From: Octopus sinensis
Lineage: Eukaryota
Direction of reading: 5' to 3'
Assembly: GCF_006345805.1 (NCBI RefSeq)
Contig: NC_043000.1
Span: forward strand, 135,718,001-135,782,000
DNA length: 64,000 nucleotides
The notes beneath the pieces were generated by a model. It worked only from the letters and a program-made list of their open reading frames with translations, did no database searches and was not told the DNA's origin. The number at the start of each line of letters is the position of its first letter. Positions within the stretch are counted from its first letter, which is position 1. The position numbers were made by a program, and so were the translations under genes. This document shows positions 11,495-23,646 of this stretch, in pieces.

Positions 11495-11656
11495 TCTAAA
11501 TTCAAATTCCGCCGGGGTCGACTTTGCCTTTCATCCTTTCGGGGTCGATAAATTAAGTACCAGTTACGCACTGGGGTAGATGTAATCGACTTAATCCCTT
11601 TGTCTGTCCTTGTTTGTCTCCTCTATGTTTAGCCCCTTGTGGGCAATAAAGAAATA
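11495..11656 (+). mobile_element. 5'-truncated SINE family B with 18-bp TSD
   Basis: ACAATTCACCGCCAATGT at 11477-11494 and 11657-11674. Confidence 0.8.
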
Positions 11657-12259
11657 ACAATTCACCGCCAATGTAATCAGAGAAACAAAAAAGACAGGAA
11701 GGTCATGGTTGGTAATGCTTTTCATCATAGGTCGACAAGGTCAATTCTAACATATGACTTTGCAGCCAGAACATTGCTACAATCTCCACCGCCGCCACGT
11801 CGATAACACCAGCTTATCTAACTTACAATCTAAATACAGTTCTATATCAATACTTTACTTTATGTTGTACTCGTACAACCAGTAATGTAATATTATAAAC
11901 TTAATAACACACCAAAGCCTTTCAAACCTATCAACGCTGAGAGGGAAAAGATTATTACATATGAACTAATGATTATATTGTATTTAATTTATCATAACAT
12001 CATGTTACCGAACCCATGGTATTACATTTCTGTTTATAGTCATTCACATATATACATAATACATACACATAATACATACATATATACATACATACATACA
12101 TACAAACGTACGTTCAAACATACATACATATAAATATATAATCGTGTGTGCGCGTATATGTGTGTGTCTGTGTGTACCTTTTCGTATAGCCAGATGAAGT
12201 TCCGGTGAACAAAACTAATTCCCATATTTAGTCCCCTAATTGATGTTTATTTATACATA

Positions 12260-14740
12260 CAAACAATATGGATATTATCAAACAATATGGATATTGTTTG
12301 CTTCACAAACAATATGGATATTATCCATAATGTTAATGTGATGCCGACAATGATCTCGGATCACAACATAATAGAGCTGTCTATGTATGGAACAAAAGCC
12401 CCCGCAGACACACAGCCTATACGAAGCACCCACCATCTCTCCAACTTAAACTTTCATAAAGCCAACTGGAAGTCGATTGAGAAAGAGATCCTCAAACAGG
12501 ATTGGCCTGAATGTCCTCCTCACCGGACATAAACATGAAACACAAACACTTCATGTCCATAATACAAGCCATATGTGACAAAATGTCCCAATGTGCAGGG
12601 CCAGCACACACAAGAACAAAAACAGGATCCCTAGAGAAAGGAGGATTCTTATGAGACGACGGACAAGGATTGCAAACCGCCTGAGCAAGCACACCAAAAG
12701 TGGTGAGAAGTCTCGGCTCGAAAGAATGCTAATGGAAACTGAGAAAAGTCTACATCAGTCCCATGAAAAGGAGAGAGCAGATAAAGAAGCTTGGGTAATA
12801 GAAAATATAAAATCAAACCCTAAAGCTTTCTTTAAGTTTGCCAAAGAGACAGCCACAGTGCACCAGAGAATAGGACCTCTCTTCCAAAAAGATGGCTCTC
12901 TCACAGGAAATCCCACGAGGATAAGTGAAATACTGAACGAACAGTTCCAAAGTGTGTTCACTACACCTCTAGGACACAGGCAAGTAAACAACCCAGAAGA
13001 ATTCTTTGCCACTTTACCAGCGGCCAAAGAGACAAAAATTGAGTACATCAACATCGAAGAAGATGATATCACACTAGCCATTGATGAGATTGACACAAAC
13101 TCAGCTGCTGGACCTGATGGATTCCCAGCGATCCTTCTCAAATCGTGCAAACGAGCCCTTGCAAAACCGCTACAGCTTCTTTTTCAGAGCTTTCTTGCAA
13201 GTGGTAAGCTCCCAGTCAAACTGAAAGAGGGGGTAATATGCCCTATCCATAAGGGAGGTAGCAGAGCAGATGCTAAAAATTATAGGCCTATCTCTCTGAC
13301 CTCACACATCAGCAAAGTCATGGAACGAATAGTCCGTAAGAAACTAATGTTCCTTGAAGAAAATGACTTACTGTCTGACACCCAGCATGGATTTCGACCA
13401 GGTAGAGGCTGCCTAACACAGCTCCTGCAACACTATGACTGGGTGTTGAAACAGCTACTAAATGGCTCAAATGTGGATGTAATATATCTTGACTTTGCAA
13501 AAGCCTTTGATAAAGTCGACCATGGTATGATCTGTCACAAACTGCGTGGTCTCGGCATAGGCGGGAAACTTGGAGAGTGGCTGCACAACTTCCTAAAAGA
13601 CAGAAAACAGGCAGTTGTGAGCAATGGAGCCACCTCCAGGGAAACGCAAATAACAAGCGGTGTCCCACAGGGCACTGTCTTGGGGCCACTGATGTTCATA
13701 GTGGCCCTTTCAGACATGCCTTCAGTTGCTACGATGACCACCCTTGCTAGCTATGCAGATGACACAAAAGTCTCCCACGCAATACAAACCCTGAAATATT
13801 GCGCATCTGCAACATGAGCTGGACACAATATACAGGTGGGCTGAGGACAACAACATGCAGTTTAATGCAGGTAAGTTCCAGGCCCTGCGCTACTGGCACA
13901 CAAAGGTAAATGACGTGAAGACTGGATACACTGGCCCAGGAAGAATTGCAATCCCTGAGTCAAAATCAGTGCGTGACCTGGGCATTGACATGAGCAATGA
14001 TGCATCTTTCCAAATGCATATTGCTAATCTGGTGATAAAATGCAGACGGCTAGCTGGATGGATTCTCCGAACTTTCAGAACAAGAGAGAAGGAGACACTG
14101 ATGGTCCTATGGAAAACATTTGTCCTCAGCCGCTTGGACTACTGCTCCCAACTTTGTCACCACACAATATAAAACAAACAGCAGAACTCGAAGCAACTCA
14201 GAGAAGCTACACAAAGAAAATCGTCTCAATGCAAAATGTCAGCTACTGGGAAAGACTGAAGGTATTAAACCTCTTCTCCCTGGAGCGGAGGCGGGAGAGA
14301 TATGCAGTGATATACATCTGGAAAATCCTGGAGGGTCTTGTCCCAAACTTTGGCATTCAAAGTTACTCCAACCGCAGAACGGGGCGCCGCTGCGTGGTGC
14401 CAAGGATTCCAACATAACATCAAAATACAGGTCCAGATACTGCAACAGCTTGGGTTTCAGAGGACCACAGCTCTTTAACATCCTCCCTAAATGCCTGAGA
14501 GACTTACATGGTGTGGATGTGGGTTTCTTTAAAACTAAACTGGATCTCTTCTTGTTGGGAGTCCCAGATGAACCTACCTCACGACAGGAGACACGGATGC
14601 GGGCAGCAGCATCGAACTCCCTTGTTGATCAAGTGCCACATATCAGAGGTGGATTCACAAACTAGTGTAGCTCATTCAGCGGTGGTGCCCCAGCATGGCC
14701 GCGGCCTTCGGGCTAAAACATTTTTAAGGATTTAAGGATT
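12260..14740 (+). mobile_element. 5'-truncated CR1-group LINE (APE C-terminus plus reverse transcriptase), frameshifted
   Basis: SDHNII, AGPDG, NYRPISLTS, QHGFR, YLDFAKAFDKVDH, GVPQGTVLGP, YADDTK; tail (TTTAAGGA)n; probable TSD ATTTATACATA at 12249 and 14738. Confidence 0.92.
12591..13817 (+). pseudogene. LINE ORF2 reverse transcriptase fragment (408 aa)
   Basis: RT motifs through YADD; continues in other frames to 14665. Confidence 0.9.
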
Positions 14741-14835
14741 TATACATATATATGTACATACATAAAATATCTACATATATATGTATATATATGTACGCAT
14801 ATGTACGTATATATATATATATATATATATAATAA

Positions 14836-15066
14836 GACGGCGCACTGGCAGAAACATTAGCACGCCGGGCGAAATGCGTAGCCGTATTTCGTCTGTCGTT
14901 ACGTTCCGAGTTCAAATTCCGCCGAGGTCGACTTTGCCTTTCATCCTTTCGGGATCGATAAATAAAGTACCAATTTCGCACTGGGGTCGATGTAATCGAC
15001 TCAATCCCTTTGTCTGTCCTTGTTTGTCCCCTCTATGTTTAGCCCCTTGTGGGTAGTAAAGAAAAA
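14836..15066 (+). mobile_element. SINE family B, full length
   Basis: CTGGCAGAAAC head, GAGTTCAAATTCC B-box-like motif, Nin-like domain. Confidence 0.85.
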
Positions 15067-15088
15067 TACATATATATATATATATTAT

Positions 15089-15129
<41 letters not shown>

Positions 15130-15176
15130 TGTGTGTGTGTGTATGTATACTCCTTTTTATATACATATATATCATC

Positions 15177-15366
15177 GGCGCAGGAGTAGCTGTGTGGTAA
15201 GTAGCTTCCTTCCCTAGCACAGGGTTCTGGGTTCATTGCCACTGCGTGGTACCTTGGGCAAGTATCTTCTACAATAGCCTCGGGCCGACCAAAGACTTTT
15301 GAGTGGATTTGGTAGACGGAAACTGAAAGAAGCCCGTCGTATGCACGGGCACACATACACACAGAT

Positions 15367-15402
<36 letters not shown>

Positions 15403-15603
15403 TTGTCCCACCACCATCACTTGACAACCGACGCTGGTGTGTTTACGTCCCTGTAACTTAGCGGTTCGGCAAAAGGCACTGATAGAATAAGTTCTAGGCT
15501 TGTAAAGAACAAGTCCTGGGGTCGATTTGTTCGACTAAAGGCAGTGTTCCAAAATGGCCGCAGTCAAATGACTAAAACAAGTAAATAAAAGAGTAAAAGA
15601 GTA
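15177..15603 (+). mobile_element. SINE family A
   Basis: Homologous to other copies. Confidence 0.85.
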
Positions 15604-15655
15604 TATACATACATATATATATATATACATATAATATATATATATATATTATATA

Positions 15656-15688
<33 letters not shown>

Positions 15689-15737
15689 ATATATCAATAC
15701 ATACATGCATGCATGCATACATACATGCATACATACA

Positions 15738-16705
15738 ACAGGGTGCGATGGGTAGATTGTCGCCATTTTATTTTTTTTATTTTGTACATGCGCATTCTTT
15801 TACTCTTTTACTCTTTTACTTGTTTCAGTCATTTGACTGCGGCCATGCTGGAGCACCGCCTTTAATCGAGCAACTCGACCCTGGGACTTATTCTTTGTAA
15901 GCCCAGTACTTATTCTATCGGTCTCTTTTGCCGAACCGCTAAGTGACGGGGTCATAAACACACCAGCATCGGTTGTCAAGCGATGTTGGGTATACAAACA
16001 CAGACACACAAACACACACACACGCATATATACATATACATATATACGACGGGCTTCTTTCAGTTTCCGTCTACCAAATCCACTCAAAAGGGTTTGGTCA
16101 GCCCGAGGCTATAGTAGAAGACACTTGCCCAAGGTGCCATGCAGTGGGACTGAACCCGGAACCATGTGGTTGGTAAACAAGCTACTTACCACGCAGCCAC
16201 TCCTCGACTACATAGTATAGTAGGGTCAGTTCGGCACCGTCTGTAAGAAAAACAGCACCATGACGCAATTCACTCGGCCAGAAATTTGGAAACACCATGC
16301 TGTACTGCTTGGCATTCGCGCTGGAAGCTTCAATGTGAACGTTTCAGTGTTTAGGTGTCAATCCGAGGACAGTGCAGTATGACGACATGTACCGAGAGTG
16401 ATAAAAATCAAATATTCAGTCAACCTCATGGTGTTTGGAATTATTACTAGTGAAAGCGACGTTATGCCTCCATTCATCTTCCCACACTGCCTCAGACTCA
16501 ACATAGAAGCTTTCTTCAAGTGCCTGGACGTCAAAAGGTTGGCTGTTGGAAGACCCTATGTCTTGCAACCGGACTCTGCACCATTCCACACTTGCAAGAG
16601 GACCCAGCCATGGCTGTCAGACAATTTCTACGACCATATCTCCCCTAACAACAGGCCACCTAACTCCACAGACTACAACCCCCTTGATTATTATGTGTGG
16701 GGCCT
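15738..16705 (+). mobile_element. Tc1/mariner maT-type (DD37D) transposon remnant, internally deleted, interrupted by a SINE
   Basis: QPDSAPFH...PPNSTDYNPLDYYVWG with 37 residues between the last two Asp; N-terminal MTQFTRPEIWK at ~16260; TA-CAGGGTG candidate end. Confidence 0.75.
15797..16204 (-). mobile_element. SINE family A
   Basis: Reverse complement of family A. Confidence 0.85.
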
Positions 16706-16809
16706 CTTTTGGATTCGTGACCGCTACATCTTATCACACTTCGATAGCTATACATTTGCAATCCAAGAAGAGGTTACTACTACGAAATACCTAATAATAA
16801 ATATTTATG

Positions 16810-16915
16810 TGGAAGACATCACACATGTGATTAGCTGCTGCCCAGAAATATCTTCAACGCATTACTTCCATATGCGACACAACGGCGCAAAATCAATTTA
16901 CAATGCCATTCTATA
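16810..16915 (+). pseudogene. RLE-type LINE zinc-knuckle fragment
   Basis: EDITHVISCCPEISSTHYFHMRHN resembles CCHC plus RHN/RHD motif. Confidence 0.5.
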
Positions 16916-17439
16916 TCCAGATTATAAATTCATATTTATACCAATAATTATTGCCTAAGTGACAAACTGGATAAGCTAGAGTTTTCAGAAAAAGAAACCA
17001 ACAAACTCGCATATTACAATTGCAAATTGTAAGTAGAACAGTAAAAATGTGTAAGACGTTGCTCGAGTATATAATGTGACATTGCTTTTGTTATCTACAT
17101 TCCAACAATGGAGCTTTGTATCTTTGTTAGAAATCATCTCCTTCCTCGGAGGAAGAATTTAGATGATTAATAACAGGAGACAACAAAATTATACTCATCG
17201 GCTATTTACAATGCTATCTGCAGGAAGGATTGCCCTAGCGTTTACATCAAAGGCATATCAGAACCAGAATGTATTCACACCTTTCAAAGCAACTATTCGA
17301 CCTTTCGGAATCGATAAAATAAGTAGCAGTCAACAAGTGGGGTTGATGTAATCGACTAACACCCGGCCACCAAAATTTCAGGCCTTTTGAGCTTACAGTA
17401 GAAAGGATTATTACTTCTATTGTTTTTCTTTTTTTTTAT

Positions 17440-18640
17440 CTCAGGTTTTGTTGTAACTCCTGGAGTGTCGCATGCACAGCGAGCTTGCTGCCTGCAGCCT
17501 ACGGTGCTCTGCTATCTGTTCTTTCCAACTATCCAGTTCATTCCTGATTATTCTGGCTGTGCCAAGGAGGTAAACCTTTTGTAACAGTTCTACTGGGCAC
17601 TCTATTCCGATTTACTTTATATTCCTCTTGATGCCTTCTGATACTGTCCCCGATGATCCAGCAATAACTGGCACTATCTTCACCTTCTTCATTTTCCGCA
17701 GCCGGGCTATTTCGTACTTAAAAGGATTGTATTTATCTATTTTTCGCCTTCTTTCTTGACTATTCGTGGGTCAAAGGTACACGCAACATCGACTATATAA
17801 TACATGTGGTGCATCTTGTCGACTACCCCCAGGTCCAGTCTGTTATGCTCTAGCGCCCGATCTGTTTGGATTGGGATTTTGAAGGGGATTTTGCAAGTCT
17901 CCGACTCCGCCTTTTGTGTAGTTTGTGCCTTTCTCTAGCCCCCACTTTTCGCACAGTTCCCAATGTAGCACTTTCGCTACCTCATCATGACGCCACAAGA
18001 TGTAGTGGCTTTGGGCAAGTCTAGTGTATTCGTTTGCGATATGGGCAATGGTTTCGTTCCCTCTATTACAGATGCAGCTCAGCGGACATATTTGCTCATT
18101 CCTAAGGTTGACCACCCATCAATTCGTGGCCAGTATAGTGTTCTTAGTTTCTTTTTTCAGGGTTCCTTTCTTCAGCAGTCCCAGCAACTTCTGTTGTGGC
18201 TACATAGAACTGATTGTGTAGTTCTTTGCTGCGTAATGCTTCTTCATGTCCTTTTTGTACTTCTTCCTTTGCTTTTCCTTTCTTCTCTGCTTTCAATACT
18301 CCCTCATTCCTAACTGACACTAGCAAGGTCTCCTTGCTTTGGGATAGGTATCTCATTAAGCTCCCGAGTTCGATACGTACGCAGTCTTCCACATTTGCTC
18401 TTTTCGTGTATAGGCAATCAGTGTCTGCACATGGATGATGGGCTCCATGCATCGTTAGGAGCTTTCCTGACTTCCTGCCCATGTCCTTTAGCTCCTCTTC
18501 TGTCCACTTCAGGATTCCAGCGCCATACCGCACTATTGCGACTGCGCGTGAGTTTTTATAGCTGAAATTATGTTTCTGGCATTCAGCTTTGAAGCCAATA
18601 TTTTTCTCACTCACCACAGGTACTCTTTCTTAGCCACATT
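17440..18640 (-). mobile_element. Degraded R4/Dong-like LINE 3' part (RT C-terminus, CCHC, RLE endonuclease)
   Basis: RYGAGILKWTEEEL; CICNRGNETIAHIANE...RHDEVAKVLHWELC; TDRALEHNRLDL...DVAC; next to (TAA)n. Confidence 0.8.
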
Positions 18641-18685
18641 GAGATAAGTGAGCAACGGTTTATTATTATTATTATTATTATTATT

Positions 18686-19145
18686 GAGTGAGAGAGCAGT
18701 GCATGCCATCAAAGTGACACTGGGGTAAAATATACGAAGCCCAATATACCCATCATGACTACCCGTCTGATAAGGGTACACTAGGCACATGCATCACAAC
18801 AATATGTGCGTGACATGGTGATCTCATATCAAGATAAACAGCACATGACCTTGCAAGTGGGGCCCAGTTAGAATTTTCTTCAGGTTGAGTAGCTCATCCC
18901 GCTCAAAAGGTCCCTGAATAAGGGTTGTTTAAGGATGTTGAAAGAACCACCTATGTTTCCAGAGGTGAATTATTCAAACCCCAAAGAATCCCTCTCAACA
19001 CATGGCTATGATGCTCCCCCACTACTTCTGCTCGTGATCAGAGATGCACATATCGTCAGCCACTAAGGGACATGCTCAACTGGTTAAGGTCAAACAACTG
19101 ACAAGCAAATCTGTGGTATTGAGCAGAATATTTGCTGTAGCCCAT
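18686..19145 (-). mobile_element. Non-coding (TAA)n-embedded repeat family
   Basis: Reverse complement of the 61454-61950 repeat; both ends in (TAA)n. Confidence 0.8.
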
Positions 19146-19153
19146 TATTATTA

Positions 19154-19195
<42 letters not shown>

Positions 19196-19196
<1 letters not shown>

Positions 19197-19512
19197 GTGA
19201 TGAAAACTTATAGAGGATTTTGCTGGGTATGATGGGAAGCGTCATCTGTCCACAGCCAGTAGACTAAGGTGACACTTGCTTACTGGTCATGCTTCAAGAA
19301 CCCTGAGAAGAATTCTTGCAGTTCCAAGCAATGCTGATTTTTGTAGGTGTTCTACCTGCACACTTGCACCAATCTTTTTCAGCCTTCACACTTGCACCGA
19401 TCATTGAATCCCACAGGATTTTGCGATTCTCATTCTCGGTGACTCCTACTGGAGTTTGTTCATACCACGTCTTTGCTCTTTGTAGAATGATTCATTATTG
19501 CATCCCACAAGA
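19196..19512 (-). mobile_element. Internally deleted R4/Dong-like 3' end
   Basis: TWYEQTPVGVTENENRKILWD and LQKSALLGTARILLRVLEA*, short 3' UTR, (TAA)n tail. Confidence 0.75.
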
Positions 19513-19520
19513 TTATTATT

Positions 19521-19564
<44 letters not shown>

Positions 19565-19982
19565 ATTATTATTATTATTATTATTATTTAGTTTCTCTTT
19601 GCTAATTGTTCAAGCCTCTGAACAATCAGCCCCTAACTAATGATTCAAGAAGTTTCAGTTTCTAATAAAATATACAAGCTCTACTTTTATGCATTGAGTA
19701 CTTTTTTGTGAACAAAAGCGTTCAGATATCCACTTATATGCGTGTGTATGAGCGTATACATACAGTACATATGTATGTTTATATACTAATAGAAATATGA
19801 CTACAGTATGTGTGTGTGTGAGTATGTGTGAATGTATTTGTTTGTGCATGTGTGTGTAGGACAGTTCAGTATAGCGCTACGATTATTTACACACAGACAC
19901 AAATGTATATGTTTGTGACTGCGTATGTATGTATATATGTATACGTGTATGTATGTATATATATATATATATATATGTGTGG

Positions 19983-20015
<33 letters not shown>

Positions 20016-20160
20016 CAAACATAGGTACATATATACATGTGCGCATACAACTGTTACAGCAATTATAGTTTTCGCGGTATGTTTTCTAGATTAAAGCTAA
20101 TCAAGAAACTTGAACCGACTTAATCTAAACACTGTGAAAGGTTGTGAAATGCTACGATAT

Positions 20161-20193
<33 letters not shown>

Positions 20194-20606
20194 CAGTAAG
20201 AGAAGGGAGGGGGAAAGACACGTACAGACAGACAGGCCAACAGACAGAGCAGAGAGGAAATAGCGAGAGATAGAGAGGGAGTCTCTGTCCGTATCATCTC
20301 GTTGTCTCAATGTCTGACACGTTTCATTCATTCTGAAAAGCCATAGGCGGTCGTATGACATGCTAACACAGAATCTATAATAATTATTTATAGATGATAT
20401 AATAAACCTGACGATGTTGTGCTAATTCTGTGATAGCAACTTTACGATGTCTTTCCAATAATATTTTATTCTCTTTCTCTCTTTCTTCTTTTCACATTTC
20501 CACATCATGCCTTCTTTGATCCCACAAACGCCCACATACAGACGAGCCAAGAAGGTTGTATGCTTTCTATGGTCATTCGATTGTCAAGAATAGTAGCAAA
20601 ATTCCG

Positions 20607-21024
20607 AAGGTGGTGAGCTGGCAGAAACGTTAGCACGCCGGACGAAATGCGTAGCGGTATTTCGTCTGCCGTTACGTTCTGAGTTCAAATTCCGCCGAGG
20701 TCGACTTTGCCCTTCATCCTTTCGGGGTCGATAAATTAAATACCAGTTACGCACTGGTGTCGATATAATCGACGTAATCCGTTTGTCTGTCCTTGCTTGT
20801 CTTCTCTGTGTTTAGCCCCTTGTGGGCAGTAAAGAAATAGGTATTTCGTCTGCCGTTACGTTCTGAGTTCAAATTCCGCCGAGGTCAACTTTTCCTTTCA
20901 TCCTTTCGGGGTCGATAAATTAAGTACCGGTTACATACTGAGGTCGATGTAATTGACTTAATCCCTTTGTCTGTTCTTGTTTGTCTCATCTGTGTTTAGC
21001 CCCTTGTGGGTAATAAAGAAATAA
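20607..21024 (+). mobile_element. SINE family B dimer with TSD
   Basis: Head plus two bodies; AAGAATA(G/A)TAGCAAAATT on both sides. Confidence 0.85.
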
Positions 21025-22067
21025 GAATAATAGCAAAATTATCTTTAAATCACACCCTAACATGTTAAAAAGATGGAGCACAGGCTGGACATTCTAACAC
21101 TTGATATGCAAAAGAATGATTTGGTCATTGCTGGAATTACAAAAATCGATTCCAGGTGAGAATGCGATCGATAAAGTGAATAAAATCGTTTTTCTTTGAA
21201 ATAGAAAAGAAGTCTATCTTTATTTCTTCTTTTGCTGGTGTCTCAAATGTAGATTAAATCAGTGTTTCTCAAAGGGGAGGCCTATGGGATGGTCAACCAA
21301 GTGTTTTGAGAAAATTTGGTTTAAATGTTTGACAACTCAGCACCGTCCATTGGACGGGGGGGGGGGCGTTTTGCTCGTATATTATATAAAGTTTATTTTT
21401 ATGGCTCAAATAAATGATTAATTTGACGCTAATGCATCAGCAGTATTTATAGTATGAAAGAAATACGAAGCCTTTGTGAACTGAGATCAGAAACTAAAGT
21501 TACCGGGCTATAAACGACAAACGATGTAATTAAGTTAAATATGTGTATTTCTTTGATCAACTAACGTGATACGAATGATAAAATATGAACGGCACATTGC
21601 ACATTCTAATGCGAGATATGCAAAAACGACAGAATGCTCACGGCTGGAATCATATCTTTACTAATTCACTAGCTGACCTAGGGGCCAAACAATTACAACA
21701 GTTACTGTGAAAAGTAGTGAGCAAGGCATTTCAGAGAGTTATCCAAAAAGTGTGATTAACCTGCATATTATACACACACACATATCTATATATATAGACA
21801 CATCCCCCCCACACATATACATTCAAACATACACATAAGTGTGTGTATGTGTGTATGAATGTATATATATGTGTGTGTGTGTGTGAGAGAGCATAAAATG
21901 TGCGTGCGTGCATAAAATGTATGTATATGTGCATATTATCCCAGATATTTGGGAACAAGAAAATCAGCAAGCAAGGGAGACGACTTCAGTGATATCAGTT
22001 AATTGAAATTTTTGGACACTATATATAATACTGACTGATGCGGGTCTGGTCTTTAAAAACAACTACC

Positions 22068-22280
22068 CTTCCAAAATGTCTAAAAGATCTTCATGGTGCG
22101 GATGTAGGTGTCTTTAAACGAAAGTGGATCTCCAGATGAGCCTACCTCACGGCAGGAGGCACAGACGAGGGCAGCAGTATCAAACTCCTTCATTCACAAA
22201 ATGCTACATAGCAGACGACGTTTCAATTTATGAAGGTGTAGCTCAGCCACGGTGGTGCCCTAGCATGACCGCAACTTTAA
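22068..22280 (+). mobile_element. 3' fragment of CR1-group LINE
   Basis: LPKCLKDLHGADVGVFK and GGTGGTGCCCTAGCATGACCGC tail. Confidence 0.75.
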
Positions 22281-22608
22281 AGTTTCACGTTCCCGTTCGT
22301 CGGACGAACGAGAACGTGAAGCTCTGAATAACAGTTTTTGTGATATCCTTGGAGATTTATTAATAAAGTATATATATATATATATATAATCAATATAGGG
22401 AGGCAAAAAAATTTTGTAGAATTCTTTTGCCCCCAGCGGCCTAGTGGAAAAAATTAAATAGTCATAAACCATTTTTAAGTTCAATATCACAATCAAGGAA
22501 CGGCCATAATAGGCCATTCACCCACTAGAAATAACAGCCAAAAAGCTTCAACCGCAAATACATTAATTCTGTAAACCAGGAGAAAATTAAAAAAAATTTA
22601 CCCTGAAA

Positions 22609-22712
22609 TTCCTTATACGATGCACCGTTTCGTCTACTGTTTAATGGTAAACTATCCTGATTAATTAAATCAAGCCAATCTACCATAGGCCCTTAGATTC
22701 ATCAGTAAGGAA
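22609..22712 (-). ncRNA. Type I hammerhead ribozyme, extended stem II
   Basis: TTCCTTA-CTGATGA-ATCTA...TAGAC-GAAAC-GGTGCATC-GTA-TAAGGAA; 7-bp stem I, near-palindromic stem III. Confidence 0.82.
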
Positions 22713-23097
22713 TAGCCAAATCGGAACAGATATTTTTCACGAGGCATTCACGTCCATGCCTCGCCAATATCTGACCTAAAATTTTCAAATCGTCGCACTC
22801 GCGCCAAATTTATCGGCAGCAAATAAATATAAGCCGCCGATTCCATTACGGAACTAACCAGAAAATTCATAATTAATCAATATAGGGAGGCAAAAAAATT
22901 TTGTAGAATTCTTTTGCCCCCAGCGGCCTAGTGGGAAAAAATTAAATAGTCATAAACCATTTTTAGTTCAATATCACAATCAAGGAACGGCCATAATAGG
23001 CCATTCACCCACTAGAAATAACAGCCAAAAAGCTTCAACCGCAAAATAACATTATTCTGTAAACCAGGAGAAAATTAAAAAAACATTTACCCTGAAA

Positions 23098-23202
23098 TTC
23101 CTTATACGATGCACCGTTTCGTCTACTGTTTAATGGTAAACTATCCTGATTAAATTAAATCAAGCCAATCTACCATAGGCCCTTAGATTCATCAGTAAGG
23201 AA
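23098..23202 (-). ncRNA. Type I hammerhead ribozyme (second tandem copy)
   Basis: Same as 22609-22712. Confidence 0.82.
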
Positions 23203-23380
23203 TAGCCAAATCGGAACAGATATTTTTCACGAGGCATTCACGTCCATGCCTCGCCAATATCTGACCTAAAATTTTCAAATCGTCGCACTCGCGCCAAATT
23301 TATCGGCAGCAAATAAATATAAGCCGCCGATTCCATTACGGAACTAACCAGAAAATTCATAATTAATCAATATAGGGAGA

Positions 23381-23478
23381 CTGATGAATCTAAGGGCCTA
23401 TGGTAGATTGGCTTGATTTAATTTAATCAGGATAGTTTACCATTAAACAGTAGACGAAACGGTGCATCGTATAAGGAA
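23381..23478 (+). ncRNA. Truncated hammerhead lacking the 5' strand of stem I, at the inversion junction
   Basis: Inverted copy starts at CTGATGA (23381); GAAAC 23456-23460; GTA 23469-23471. Confidence 0.65.
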
Positions 23479-23603
23479 TTTCAGGGTAAATGTTTTTTTA
23501 ATTTTCTCCTGGTTTACAGAATTAATGTTATTTTGCGGTTGAAGCTTTTTGGCTGTTATTTCTAGTGGTGAATGGCCTATTATGGCCGTTCCTTGATTGT
23601 GAT

Positions 23604-23646
<43 letters not shown>

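Larger units (their letters stand above)
22388..23603. mobile_element. Retrozyme-like element: two tandem ~490-nt monomers (-) plus inverted partial copy (+), within (TA)n
   Basis: AATCAATATAGGGAG at 22388, 22875 and 23365; 23380-23603 is inverted; one HHR per monomer; no credible ORF. Confidence 0.85.

Noticed and set aside
12755-13689. Antisense ORFs within the LINE
   Set aside because: Shadow frames of ORF2 with no independent motifs
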